Assembly (NCBI RefSeq): GCF_001194135.2
Contig: NC_068998.1
Location: 2,393,548-2,457,547 of the forward strand
Reading direction: 5' to 3'
Origin: Octopus bimaculoides
Lineage: Eukaryota
Length of the DNA: 64,000 bases
The stretch's first letter is position 1. Each line of letters opens with the position of its first letter. The notes under the pieces were generated by a model that saw only the letters and a list, made by a program, of their open reading frames with translations, was not told the origin of the DNA and searched no databases. The position numbers and the translations under genes were made by a program. Shown piece after piece: positions 1-27,987 of this stretch.

Positions 1-325
1 ATTTGTTAAACTATCATCTCTACTGTGAATGTGTTAAGACTAACTTGGCCATTATTTCCCAAGTATACAGAAACCCATATAAATGTGTGTGTGTGTTTAT
101 ACAGACAAAGGGGAAACCCAGATAGATTTCCCTCATCACCTCATGAATATTGTATACACACTGTGCGCATGCGTGCACACACACACACGCACACACACAC
201 ACATACAGGTATACAGAGACATTTATATACATGTGTATGTATGTATATATAGACACACAACATTTTGCACACTCACATACACCCTCTCATGGTAGCACTC
301 ATATGTGTGTGTATATGTATGTATG

Positions 326-361
<36 letters not shown>

Positions 362-1011
362 CGTGTGTGTGTGTTGATATATATGTGTGTGTGTGTGTGT
401 GTGTATGTGTGTAGATATATATATTTGTATGTATGTATGTATGTATATATATATATATATATATATCCACATCTATCCAAACAACAACCATTCATTCAGT
501 GCTTTTATGAAATAACTTCAACACGCATACACTTACAGATATATACGTACACATATACATTCAAACATGCATACGTTATACATTTAAATGTGTGTGTGTA
601 TGCATGCATACATCTAAAGAAGTATACATACACAGTGATCGTAGAGGCAGTTGCAGTGATGGCGTATGTGTGTGTGTGTGTCTGTAGTAAAACAGCTTCC
701 CATTCATGGAAGGCGTGTATATATGTGTGTGTGTCTGTGCGTCTGTGTTTGTGTTGATACTATCTGACGTAGCATTTATGAATGACAACCTGTTAATTTA
801 ATTACTGATTTCACCAACACACTTCCACACACACACACACACACACACGTACTCATATAATACACGTACACCTACACAGATTTGTGTATAGTTGCATGTC
901 ACGAATGTAAGTAATTTAAGAATTCATGATGTCGCTTGTTTACTATAGTCTCTGTGTATAACAAAACCCACATTCTCTTGTCTTTATGTAAAGACATACA
1001 TATGTGTGTGT

Positions 1012-1055
<44 letters not shown>

Positions 1056-1142
1056 ATATATAATTATTAAAATATAGTTTAGTATGTATTGAGAGGTCTG
1101 TCTTTTTTGTTTTTTGTTTATACACTTCAACATGTATTTTTC

Positions 1143-1181
<39 letters not shown>

Positions 1182-2971
1182 AATAGTTTTTCTATTGTTT
1201 CATTTAGCACAAAGAAAAATCTATAATTAAGTTGTTTTGACATAACATACACTGTTACATTTATTCACAAATATACAGAGGCATTATATAACATACTCAT
1301 ACAGACACACGCACACACACATACACACACACACACACACACACAGATACACGCACATACATCTACAAATGATGGTAATGATGACGATAAAGTACTCATG
1401 ACATGGACTAAAGCATGTCGTCTATTAATCCATGTATAAGCTGTGCTCATCATTAGTTCCCCCACCCTGTTTTTCTTTTTTCCCCCCAGTTAAATTCAAG
1501 TACAAAATAGTACAACTCACACAGAAAGTAAATGCAGTGGTGGTGACAATAATGATGGATGGGGGAGGGGCAGGTGTAGCCATGATGGTGTTGATGATGA
1601 TGATGGTTAAGGTGATAGTTGTTGCGATAGTGATAATGCTGGAGACGATGATGATTGTGGTGGCAATGATGATGATGATGATAAATAAAATTTATCTTGT
1701 ATTCACACTTCAGTCTTTGAAATATTCCTTCATCTTTATCTTCAAAGGAAAGAATACATACATACACATATATCCATATATATATATATATATATATACA
1801 CATACACACACTCACACACACANNNNNNNNNNAGAGAAAATGTCTTGCCAAAACATCTCGCCCCCCTTCCCTTCTCTCACCCCTTCTTCATAATTCTCTC
1901 TCTTTCTCCCCACCCCCCTCACTCATCTCTCCTTCTCTCTCAATAGTTACTTTCTTGAAATATTGACCAATTCCATGCATTGGCACATTTCCATTTCTCG
2001 TCATTATACACAAATTCATATAATATATACACACATGCATACATATATGAGAAAGTGTGTGTGTGTGTGTGTGTGACCAATTCTGAAACCATTTATCTTC
2101 TGCAACTCTTTAAATTGCAGCTGGCACATGAGAAATTATCTTGTGTGTGTGTGTGTGTGTGTGTGTTTATGTATAGAACATGTGTACATGAAATATGTTT
2201 TATAACACAATATACATGTGTTGTGTATGTATTATNNNNNNNNNNNNNNNNNNNNNNNNNNNNNNNNNNNNNNNNNNNNNNNNNNNNNNNNNNNNNNNNN
2301 NNNNNNNNNNNNNNNNNNNNNNNNNNNNNNNNNNNNNNNNNNNNNNNNNNNNNNNNNNNNNNNNNNNNNNNNNNNNNNNNNNNNNNNNNNNNNNNNNNNN
2401 NNNNNNNNNNNNNNNNNNNNNNNNNNNNNNNNNNNNNNNNNNNNNNNNNNNNNNNNNNNNNNNNNNNNNNNNNNNNNNNNNNNNNNNNNNNNNNNNNNNN
2501 NNNNNNNNNNNNNNNNNNNNNNNNNNNNNNNNNNNNNNNNNNNNNNNNNNNNNNNNNNNNNNNNNNNNNNNNNNNNNNNNNNNNNNNNNNNNNNNNNNNN
2601 NNNNNNNNNNNNNNNNNNNNNNNNNNNNNNNNNNNNNNNNNNNNNNNNNNNNNNNNNNNNNNNNNNNNNNNNNNNNNNNNNNNNNNNNNNNNNNNNNNNN
2701 NNNNNNNNNNNNNNNNNNNNNNNNNNNNNNNNNNNNNNNNNNNNNNNNNNNNNNNNNNNNNNNNNNNNNNNNNNNNNNNNNNNNNNNNNNNNNNNNNNNN
2801 NNNNNNNNNNNNNNNNNNNNNNNNNNNNNNNNNNNNNNNNNNNNNNNNNNNNNNNNNNNNNNNNNNNNNNNNNNNNNNNNNNNNNNNNNNNNNNNNNNNN
2901 NNNNNNNNNNNNNNNNNNNNNNNNNNNNNNNNNNNNNNNNNNNNNNNNNNNNNNNNNNCTCTTCTCCCACC

Positions 2972-3017
<46 letters not shown>

Positions 3018-3060
3018 TTGTTTCAATTGACAAATGATGTGATTTTGTTTCTCTCCACAG

Positions 3061-18738
<15,678 letters not shown>

Positions 18739-21700
18739 GAGGGGATAAGATTCTGCTGCTGTAACCACAGCAGCATTGTAACAGATGAAAGGAGTAAATT
18801 ATAAGAATGGGACGGTTTTAAACAGTTAAACCATGGAACTATTTGAATGTGAAATATATGTTGCAACTTTGAAACCTAAATTGACCACCATTTGAAGCAT
18901 GGCGGCATTAGAAACTAATCCAAGAACCAGACAGCTACACTTCAATACACACCAAAAGCACTTCCACAGTATAACAAACTATACTTCAACACTACACAAC
19001 ACCACACTTGTACAGTGGACCATAGTACACTGATACTATATACTACAACCTGTGCTACATTACATTCTCCATGTTCTAGTCTTACAATGTTGTACACTCC
19101 ACTTACACTCTGCTACACTACACTAAAATGCCACTCCATTATCTCAAGGCTGTCACACTGCAATATTTCATCTCTACTCTGCTCCATACAGCTGTTTACA
19201 TCAGCAGCAGCCGTGCGGTCGTCATCCATTTGCAACATCAAAAGACACAGGTACTGCTTTCAGTCGCGACTACCGGCAACAGCCACGCCCATTTCATTCT
19301 GCTCTAGCTGGGCTGACCAAGGTGGTGAGGGGAGAGATGGGTTGCCACACAACATCAACCACCACCACCACCACCACCATCCCACCAGTGTCCCTATTGT
19401 CAATATTTGTAATTAAAGTCACTGAACCAATCACCCACCCTCACCTTCCATGTTACCCAACACCTGTACCAAAATCCTGGGCACCACCCTCTCACCACCA
19501 CCACCACCACCACCACCATCACTGTCAATACCGTCCTTACACCAAACCCTCCACACCACCACCAACATCAGCATCAACACCAGCACCATTACCAACACCA
19601 CTGTCCCTGCCAACCATCACCAGTATCATCATCATCATTGTCACCTCCACCACCACCACCGCCACCACAGTAATTAATNNNNNNNNNNNNNNNNNNNNNN
19701 NNNNNNNNNNNNNNNNNNNNNNNNNNNNNNNNNNNNNNNNNNNNNNNNNNNNNNNNNNNNNNNNNNNNNNNNNNNNNNNNNNNNNNNNNNNNNNNNNNNN
19801 NNNNNNNNNNNNNNNNNNNNNNNNNNNNNNNNNNNNNNNNNNNNNNNNNNNNNNNNNNNNNNNNNNNNNNNNNNNNNNNNNNNNNNNNNNNNNNNNNNNN
19901 NNNNNNNNNNNNNNNNNNNNNNNNNNNNNNNNNNNNNNNNNNNNNNNNNNNNNNNNNNNNNNNNNNNNNNNNNNNNNNNNNNNNNNNNNNNNNNNNNNNN
20001 NNNNNNNNNNNNNNNNNNNNNNNNNNNNNNNNNNNNNNNNNNNNNNNNNNNNNNNNNNNNNNNNNNNNNNNNNNNNNNNNNNNNNNNNNNNNNNNNNNNN
20101 NNNNNNNNNNNNNNNNNNNNNNNNNNNNNNNNNNNNNNCCCCCCCCACCACCACCACCACCATTCACACCAGCCAACAAGTGGAGAAAGGGAGTTGGAGG
20201 TGGGGGGGGGGCGGGTTTAAGTGGTCACTTGACCAGCTAAAAATAACAACCAAATCTCTCAAATTACGCTGTCCTTTTGAGAAGTTGAAGGCCACATTGG
20301 ACAATGTAGCCTTACATTCCCCCAAAAAATTAGCAAGAGGGTCATGGTTGGAATGTCTTTGATCATAATATAGGTCTTTTTGATCAGAGTTGACCTGGGG
20401 TTAAATAACCACCCTCACTGTTTTTCGATTATAAAACTTACTCCTCCTCCCCTCTCTCTCCATCTCTCTCCTGTTCCTTGTTCCAAATACAAAAGTCGAT
20501 ATCTGGACACAAATCTTTCATTTCTTTCTTTCCAGCTTCTCTTGTATTCTTCTTCACTCACCTTCTTCTCTGTTCTCCTTCACTTTGTATATTTATTTAT
20601 CAGTAATAAGAAGGAGAAACATCACTGCATCACCAAAAACACAACACCCCCCCCCTCACACACACACTATGTCAACCTCCTGTTCATCAAAAGTGCAACT
20701 CACTGCTGGTCACCATCCACCTCTGTCTGCCCATCCACCCACACAATATCACAAGGTTCCACCTCTTCCTTTTTTTAATTTTATTTTTAATATTGCAACA
20801 TCTCAAAAATATTTACTAAGCTGCATCTGGCTATCACCTTTCTCCCTGTAAAAATTACTGGTACATATTTTTATATAGACATATTTTTATAGCTGACCTT
20901 AACAAAACGCTGAACTCAGAACCAGGTCTGGTGCTATTTTTTCATCTCTTTCCTTAAATAAATCTGATTAGAAAGACAACAACAAAAAGGAAGAGAAAAA
21001 AAAATCAAATAAAAAAAAGATAGATGAAACAGTTCTTTGGAGTTTGGATTCAAGGCTGTTCTGTGAAAGGTGAATGTAGGATTCTGTGAGGGTGGAAGTA
21101 AAATACTAAAAACAAAAGCAGATAGGGTGGGTGGTGGGGTACAGCACTGCTGCTGGGTGAGTTTGTGTTGTGGCATGGCATGATTGTCTTCAATTCCTCC
21201 TCTTCTTTGTAATGTTTCGCTATTTTGAAAGCAATTTTTGTTTCTCATTCATTGCATTCTTGCTTCTTGTCAGTGATATTTCCATTTCTTTAGAGGTGAA
21301 TGGGGATATGGGTGGGTAGGCACTCTTTTTTTTTTTCTAACTCTACTGATCACATGACATCATATGACCTTACCAATGACGTCAGCCTCTCTCTCATAAA
21401 GAACTCAGTCACTTATTTTTGTGAGTTAGCATGAGGTTTAGAGGAACAGTTATAAGTAGATTAAACATGCTGTAAGATCCAATTAGGGGCATAAAGCACA
21501 CCTAATGACCCAGTGATGGGGAGATTAGGGTTATTACAACGACCAATAACAAATTAATTCACCTATAGGGTCCAGTTAAGGATATGCAAGACCAAACTCA
21601 AAGCCCAGTTTGTGAGACTATTCGCAGACTTGTTTGCAACACACCTACCACAGCTGGAACTGTTCCATGCAAGAACCATCAGTCAACAACCTCTGCAGTT

Positions 21701-22051
21701 TTATGCTATAAAAGTCATATCTTGTGATACAGTTTCCTTGTTATCTTTTTTTGGGTGAGCTCTTGTAAAGGAATCTTCTGACGTAGGTAGAAAGTTTCAG
21801 ATTTAGAAGTAAGGCACTACACTGTGTTTCAATTGTCTTCCGGTGTCCCATTCCTGCACACACATACGTGTGTGTTTGGTGATAGAAACAGGAAAGTAGA
21901 ACTCTAAACATGAGAGTGAATATATATATTTTTTATTTTTCAACAGAAGTTAGTGATTCAAGGGCATTATGTGTGTGTATATATATATGTATATATGTGT
22001 ATATATGCATATATCTATATGTATATATATATATATATATATAGATATATA

Positions 22052-22139
<88 letters not shown>

Positions 22140-24921
22140 ATGTATATGTACACCTACACATTTCCTTAGGCCGAGCTTGAACTCAGAACTTTATTTCTAA
22201 TGTTAGGTTCCAACATTAAAACCTTGAATTAGAAAATGTATCTCTACATCCCACAGTTCAGGCAGCAACTAGTCACTTATCCATAAACATAATTCTACCA
22301 CAATCTTTTAATCAATATTTCATCTTAGTTCAATAATGTCAGCCGCATTGTGCCAAAAATCACATGATGGACTGACTCTTCTTTATAATCATTCCTCTGT
22401 AGACAGTCTTTCAGAGTCTTTATTCTGCTGCTTAGTCTTGTAATAGAAACTTCACACCAGAGTGGGATACAATTCCTGTTCTAAAACCATACACATTCTT
22501 GTATTCCACAGTTTGATGTTTCACTTTTTGATCAAAGATTTTTCGATGTTCTCCAATAATTGGTTCCTAGATTCCAAAATCTATCAGAGAATACAGACAT
22601 TGGGAAAATGATGTAGATAGAAGAAAAATTGGGGTTGGTGGGAGGGTGACAGTCAAATCCGTGTCTACAGCGCCACTCATAAGTCATTTTTGGTTTTTCA
22701 GAGATGTGGGTTGAGTTGCAGTTCTATACCTGCCTAGAGAGATGTATTACTAGTTTCACAAATTGCATTGTGGTCATACTGGAGTTCCAATTTCTATTTT
22801 TAGTACAGCCAATTACATTGCCCCCCACCTCTTATTTCATTAACTTTGTAAAACATGAAAGGCATGGTGGCCTCCAGCAGGATTTAAACTGGGAACATAA
22901 ATGGATCATTACACAAATACCACAACTTAAATTGTTCAATGCTTTACTGATTATGCCCTCTGCCAACTATGTACAGCTGGATTTATTTATATATATATAT
23001 ATATATATCCATCCCCCCAATTTCTCATACAGTCTTGTGTAGCTTCGTGTGTTCTCACCCAAGATAAGTACCAACATTCCCATGTGGCAGGCTTGATAGT
23101 TGTGAAGGGATAATCTGCATGAAACCATTGGTAGTTTTGTTAGCTCACAAATAAAGAACATTTATTCACCAATGAGGTTTTGAACACTCATTCTCACTGT
23201 TCGATACTAGTGTGTGTGTATGTATGTATATACACACATACTGATGATACCAGTAAATGCATATGATGGCAGCAAGAGATGTGTGTGTCTATGCATCAAC
23301 CTGAATATTGTGTCTAAACATCATTTCCACACCAAACATAATGCTATGCTTCGTTGCATTTCTTCCAGTTTATTTTCTGAGTTCAAATTCTGCCGAGGTC
23401 AGTTTTGCTTTTCATCCTTTTGAGGGGGGACAATGAAATAAGTACCAGTTAAGTGCTGAGGGAAGGGGTCAATGTCATTGACTAGGTTCCCCAACAAAAA
23501 AATTTTAGGGCCTTGTGCCTATAATAGAAAGGATTATTATTGTTAGTATTGCTGTCAAAAATGATATCCCTGCAATTCCCTGTCCAATCTCTTCCCCACT
23601 GCCAATGTTCTGGGAACACTAATCGACCAATCGTTAAAGGGGTCATAGGTCAGTTAAATCCCCCACAGCCCCACCACCACTCTTCACCCCTGACCCAGAA
23701 GGACATCATATTGACAGAAGCAAAACACACAACAACAACGTTAATTATCTGCTGTAATTTATTTTTATTTATTATTTTATAGTACTTTTTTGTTTTGTGT
23801 GTGTGTGAAATGGTGTTGGAGTCTGCGGCGGGGGGGGGGGGGAGTTGTGGCCTTCATGCTGCTGAAAGTGAAGGAGGAGGATAAGATCGGTGGTGGAGGG
23901 GTGGGCTCCAGGGCATGCACCGCTCTAAAATCAAAATCAAAAACAAAGACAAAAATTTGTAAATATATATATTTGTGTGGTTGTATATAGATTTAATTTA
24001 AATGAACTACTACTACTATTATTACTACTACTACTACTACTACTACTACTATTACTACCTGCTGAACTGACAATGATGATGATGATGATGATGATGAATT
24101 CGTTTAGAGCGATCTAAAGACTATGATGTAATAACAATGACAATATCATCTCTGGTGAATTTAATGATTTCTGTAATAAAAGAAAAAAAAACATCATTTT
24201 CCATCTGATTCTACAAGAAATGGTTTTCTGTTTTTCTTTTCTTTTTCTGCTGTTTTTGTTTTTGTGTGTATGTTTGTCATATTACTGTTTTATTTGCTGT
24301 TTATTTTTTTTTATATAAATGTGATTTTTATTATATTTTTTGCATTATTATGAAATATTCTCCTGATCATCATCAACATTTTAGCACGTGAAATGCTGAT
24401 GATGATGATGGTGTCAATGAGATGGTGGTCGTGATTTTTAACACCATTTTGTCTTTTATCTCTTCCAATTACTGCAGAGGTAGAGTGAGGTGTTATAGTT
24501 AAGTTTGTGCCCCAGAGGACTGTTGGTGATTTCATCTTAATCAATAAAGAAGGGGGTCAGTGCCTAAGATGGCCCATTGTGCAGTTTAGCACACAACGCA
24601 CATAAAAGAGAACTCTCCGGAGTATTTCGTTTGTCCTCTGTTTTTTTAAGAGAGTAGATTGTGATTTGAAAATTTTACTGCTATTTCTAGCAGATCGAAC
24701 AACCATGTAGAGGCTCTCCATCGTTGCCTTGTCTCCATGTCTGTTGGTTCAAGTCATGGCCATGTTGTAAGTTAGTGACATAGACTATAAATAGCGCACG
24801 GCAGTTGTGCTTCCTATGCTTAGTGTTGGCCATCCTTGGATGTCGAGTTAATGGTTTTGTATGTAAATTGTTCACCAGTTATCTCCCTTACAATGTGTTA
24901 CGTAGAACCGCAACGATTTAA

Positions 24922-25168
24922 CTCTTTCGCATTCAAACTTCGTCAAATGTAATCCTTATTTATCCACGTTGTTTTGAATTAATCCTGTATTATCTCATAG
25001 CTTCAAGATTTCGATGAGGTGGTTGTTTATTGTTAGAATGACATTGTAGGGTAAGTGTGAGAGACCACATGTGGTCGGTTTGAACATAAAAATGGCATAT
25101 TTGGTCAGATGTGGCTTGTTTGAATATGAAATGAGTAGAATATTTTGGCCAGTTTAGATGTAAATGGG
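24922..25168. mobile_element. Degenerate piggyBac-like MITE
   Basis: Flanks TTAA / TCAA; degenerate inverted termini ctctttcgcattcaaact / agtttagatgtaaatggg. Confidence 0.45.
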
Positions 25169-27494
25169 TCAAGCAAACGAGGTCACAAGAGGCAATACAT
25201 TCTTTGTAATTTACTGTGTCTTATTCATTGAACAGTGTATGAATTAATGAAACCACATTTTCCAGCATCTTGTATCAGCTTAGTTAATTTTTTGTATTTA
25301 ATAGCACAAAGAAATATTCTTCTGTTTATATATATATTAAAGCTCCAACATCTGGCGACAGTCTTGATAGACAGCCACAAGGTCATCCACTAATCTTTCC
25401 AGCAACAACCTTGGGCAATTTATTCAATTACATGTATCTAACACTCATGGACATGCTTATAAAATCAAAACACAACACACCACCCATGACTTTCAGAAAC
25501 ATTTTTTCATGCTCAGAATTACTGGTCCGTAGAATAAACTACCTGCACCACTTGTTACCTGTCGAGACACTACATCCTTCAAAACTTCCATGCTTTTTGA
25601 AACGATGATGATGATGATGATAAGAACCTCTTAACTTCTGTGGAAAGGATGCTTAATGCTCTGAGATAAACATCTTGGAAGGACACATTGAATAATGTAG
25701 TCCTTGGTGCATTCATTACAACGTTTTGACCACATGAAAGTTAAGTCTTATCATCGGGGTCTCGCTGATCCTTTCTAACATCAACAGAAAGCATGTAATC
25801 AATGTAAGTATTGTCCTTTAAATTGTTTTTTTCATTGTCACATTCTTTACATAAAAAGCACCCAGTGCCACTCTGTAAAGTGGTTGGTGTTAGGAAGTGT
25901 ATCCAGCTGTAGAACCCCTGCCAAAACAAACCACTGGAGCTTGGTGTAGTCCCTGGCCAAACCAGCTCTTGTCAAACCATCCAACCCATGCCAGAATGGA
26001 AAACGGACATTAAATAATGATGATGATGTTCGATTGGAAATGCTCAGATTGTCAGCACAAAAGAAAAAGAAGTTTCAACTTGGGTTATGGTCTTCTAAGA
26101 CTATTCTTTAAAGTGTCAAAAATAAATCATTTTTGGTTCATAGTTTGAACCAATTCTATGTGGGTTGCTGTTGGTAACGCCTGGAGTTGATTAAAAAATT
26201 TGGATGAATTCAGCACAGACAACCCACCAATTAATTTGGAACAGAGGCAAATAAGTATTTGTCATTTGATTTTTAATAAATTTCATCTCCTCTTTCTGCA
26301 CACTTTATTAAAATAAAGAATCAGAGATGAAGTTCAGGTCTCAGCTCAAACTTGAAAGTCCCATTCCCAATGTTCTTTTAGTATAGAACACAGAGATGCA
26401 GGTGTGGCAAGAAGTTTGCTTCCCAACCACATGGTAATGGTTTCGGTCCCACTGTGTGTCATCTACTTTAGCATTGGGCCAACTAAATCCACTCACAAAG
26501 CTTTGGTCTACATGAGATTATAGTAGAAGTCACTTGCCCAAGGTGCCATGCAGTGGGACTAAACCTGGAAGTATGTGGTTGGAAAGCAAACTTCTTACCA
26601 CACAGCTGACCTGCATCTATATAGTCAAGATTACAAATAAGAAAGATCAGTAAAATAATTGATATCAGATTTGAATCAAATGCAATGAGATAGTTATGAA
26701 ATTAGAGATCACATAAAACGGTAACTGAGATGCCAACAAAGAAGCTAATAAAAGGAAATAAAATGAGACAGTTTGGAAACAAATGATTGAAATATTATTA
26801 AATTGAAGGAATTGGTGAACATTAGGCAAGCAACTTGCACGGTTTGGATTTCAAAAGATCAAGATCAGATTATGGAAGGAAACAATGGGGAAAGGTCCAC
26901 CCCATGATTCAGCCGTCCTGAAAGGGACAGAAAACCTTTAACGAACTTGCAGCGTACCTGTGGCATATCCTGGAAACACAAATGTAATTTGGTAAAGCAA
27001 GTTCTGATAGGAAATTCCTGGACTGGTGGGATCCCGAAAGAGATAGAATTATAAAATAGCAGATGCAAAAAGTATCTAAACAGAAAACTTAACATGCTAT
27101 AATTCTATGCATGCGTGAAACATTAGTAGAGAAAACAATTTAATTTCACTTCTTGTCATAGGGTGGATGGAAAAGGAAGGGGTGTTTATTTTTTTCTTTT
27201 AAATTGAAATTTTACGAATGTTATTTTTTTTTTCAGAATCATAATCTCCGTATTTTTCTACGTATTTCGCCCAACCAAAATTTTTTTTTAAAAAGTGAAA
27301 ATTTTTTTTAATCGATGGGGAGGGGTGGGGGAGGAAAATTAAAATTTTGAATTGCTTTTTTTCTGCAGATTCAGAATCTCCGCCCTCGATATAGTGTGTT
27401 GCTGTACAAAAAAAACAAACCAAAGGGGGTGCGGTCCCTGATCCGCCATGTAGGTATTTGTACATACATATCTATGTGTGTGTGCGCGCGCGCG

Positions 27495-27525
<31 letters not shown>

Positions 27526-27640
27526 TTTTTTTTCTTTTCGTGTTATGTTTGAGATATATAAATAAATATATATAAATATATATATAAATATCCCAAACTT
27601 AACCCGAAAACAAAAAAAATTATATTCTGAAAATATGAAA

Positions 27641-27683
27641 CGGAAGTAATCGACATGTTTTCAGGTCATATTAAGCGGAAGTG
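27641..27683 (+). promoter_or_regulatory. Tandem ETS-type (CGGAAGT) motifs ~90-125 bp upstream of the ADPGK start codon
   Basis: CGGAAGT at 27641-27647 and GCGGAAGTG at 27675-27683 in a locally CpG-rich segment; such motifs are typical of housekeeping promoters. Function not shown. Confidence 0.45.
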
Positions 27684-27766
27684 ACCTTCATCCTCATATG
27701 ACCTTTGATAAGCAATGTTGGAAGCGGCCTGAGAGGTCATCCATCTCATCCGTCCCGTTTGTCAAG

Positions 27767-27987
27767 ATGCGCGGCAAGTTATGTCTCGTCTCCTCTCTTA
27801 TTGTAGTTATAGCTTGTTTGTGCAGCACGTTTCTCGGTTTTCCAAGTGCCTATATTCCTACATCTTTGCTCAGTCTCTTCAATCTTGACAAAACACAAGA
27901 TTCCACCAGCAACGAACAGAGTATTATTACAGCCTGGGACAATTTTATTAAACCTCCCTCTCAGAAATTCAAACGCGTATCTGTCGG
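27767..27987 (+). CDS. ADPGK: ADPGK exon 1
   Basis: aagATGcgc...GG|gtaaga; MRGKLCLVSSLIVVIACLC...AWDNFIKPPSQKFKRVSV. Confidence 0.92.

Noticed and set aside
20-2235. Many ORFs of the YIYI/CVCV/HTHT type here and throughout the window
   Set aside because: Translations of (TA)n, (CA)n and (GA)n microsatellites; no splice or domain support.
19322-19678. Poly-His/Pro/Thr ORFs after the RalGDS stop codon
   Set aside because: Translations of (CAC)n/(CAT)n tracts in the probable 3'UTR.
27199-27465. Minus-strand ATGGCG in good context suggesting a divergent gene sharing the ADPGK promoter
   Set aside because: Short low-information ORFs and no downstream exon chain found between 24.6 and 27.4 kb.
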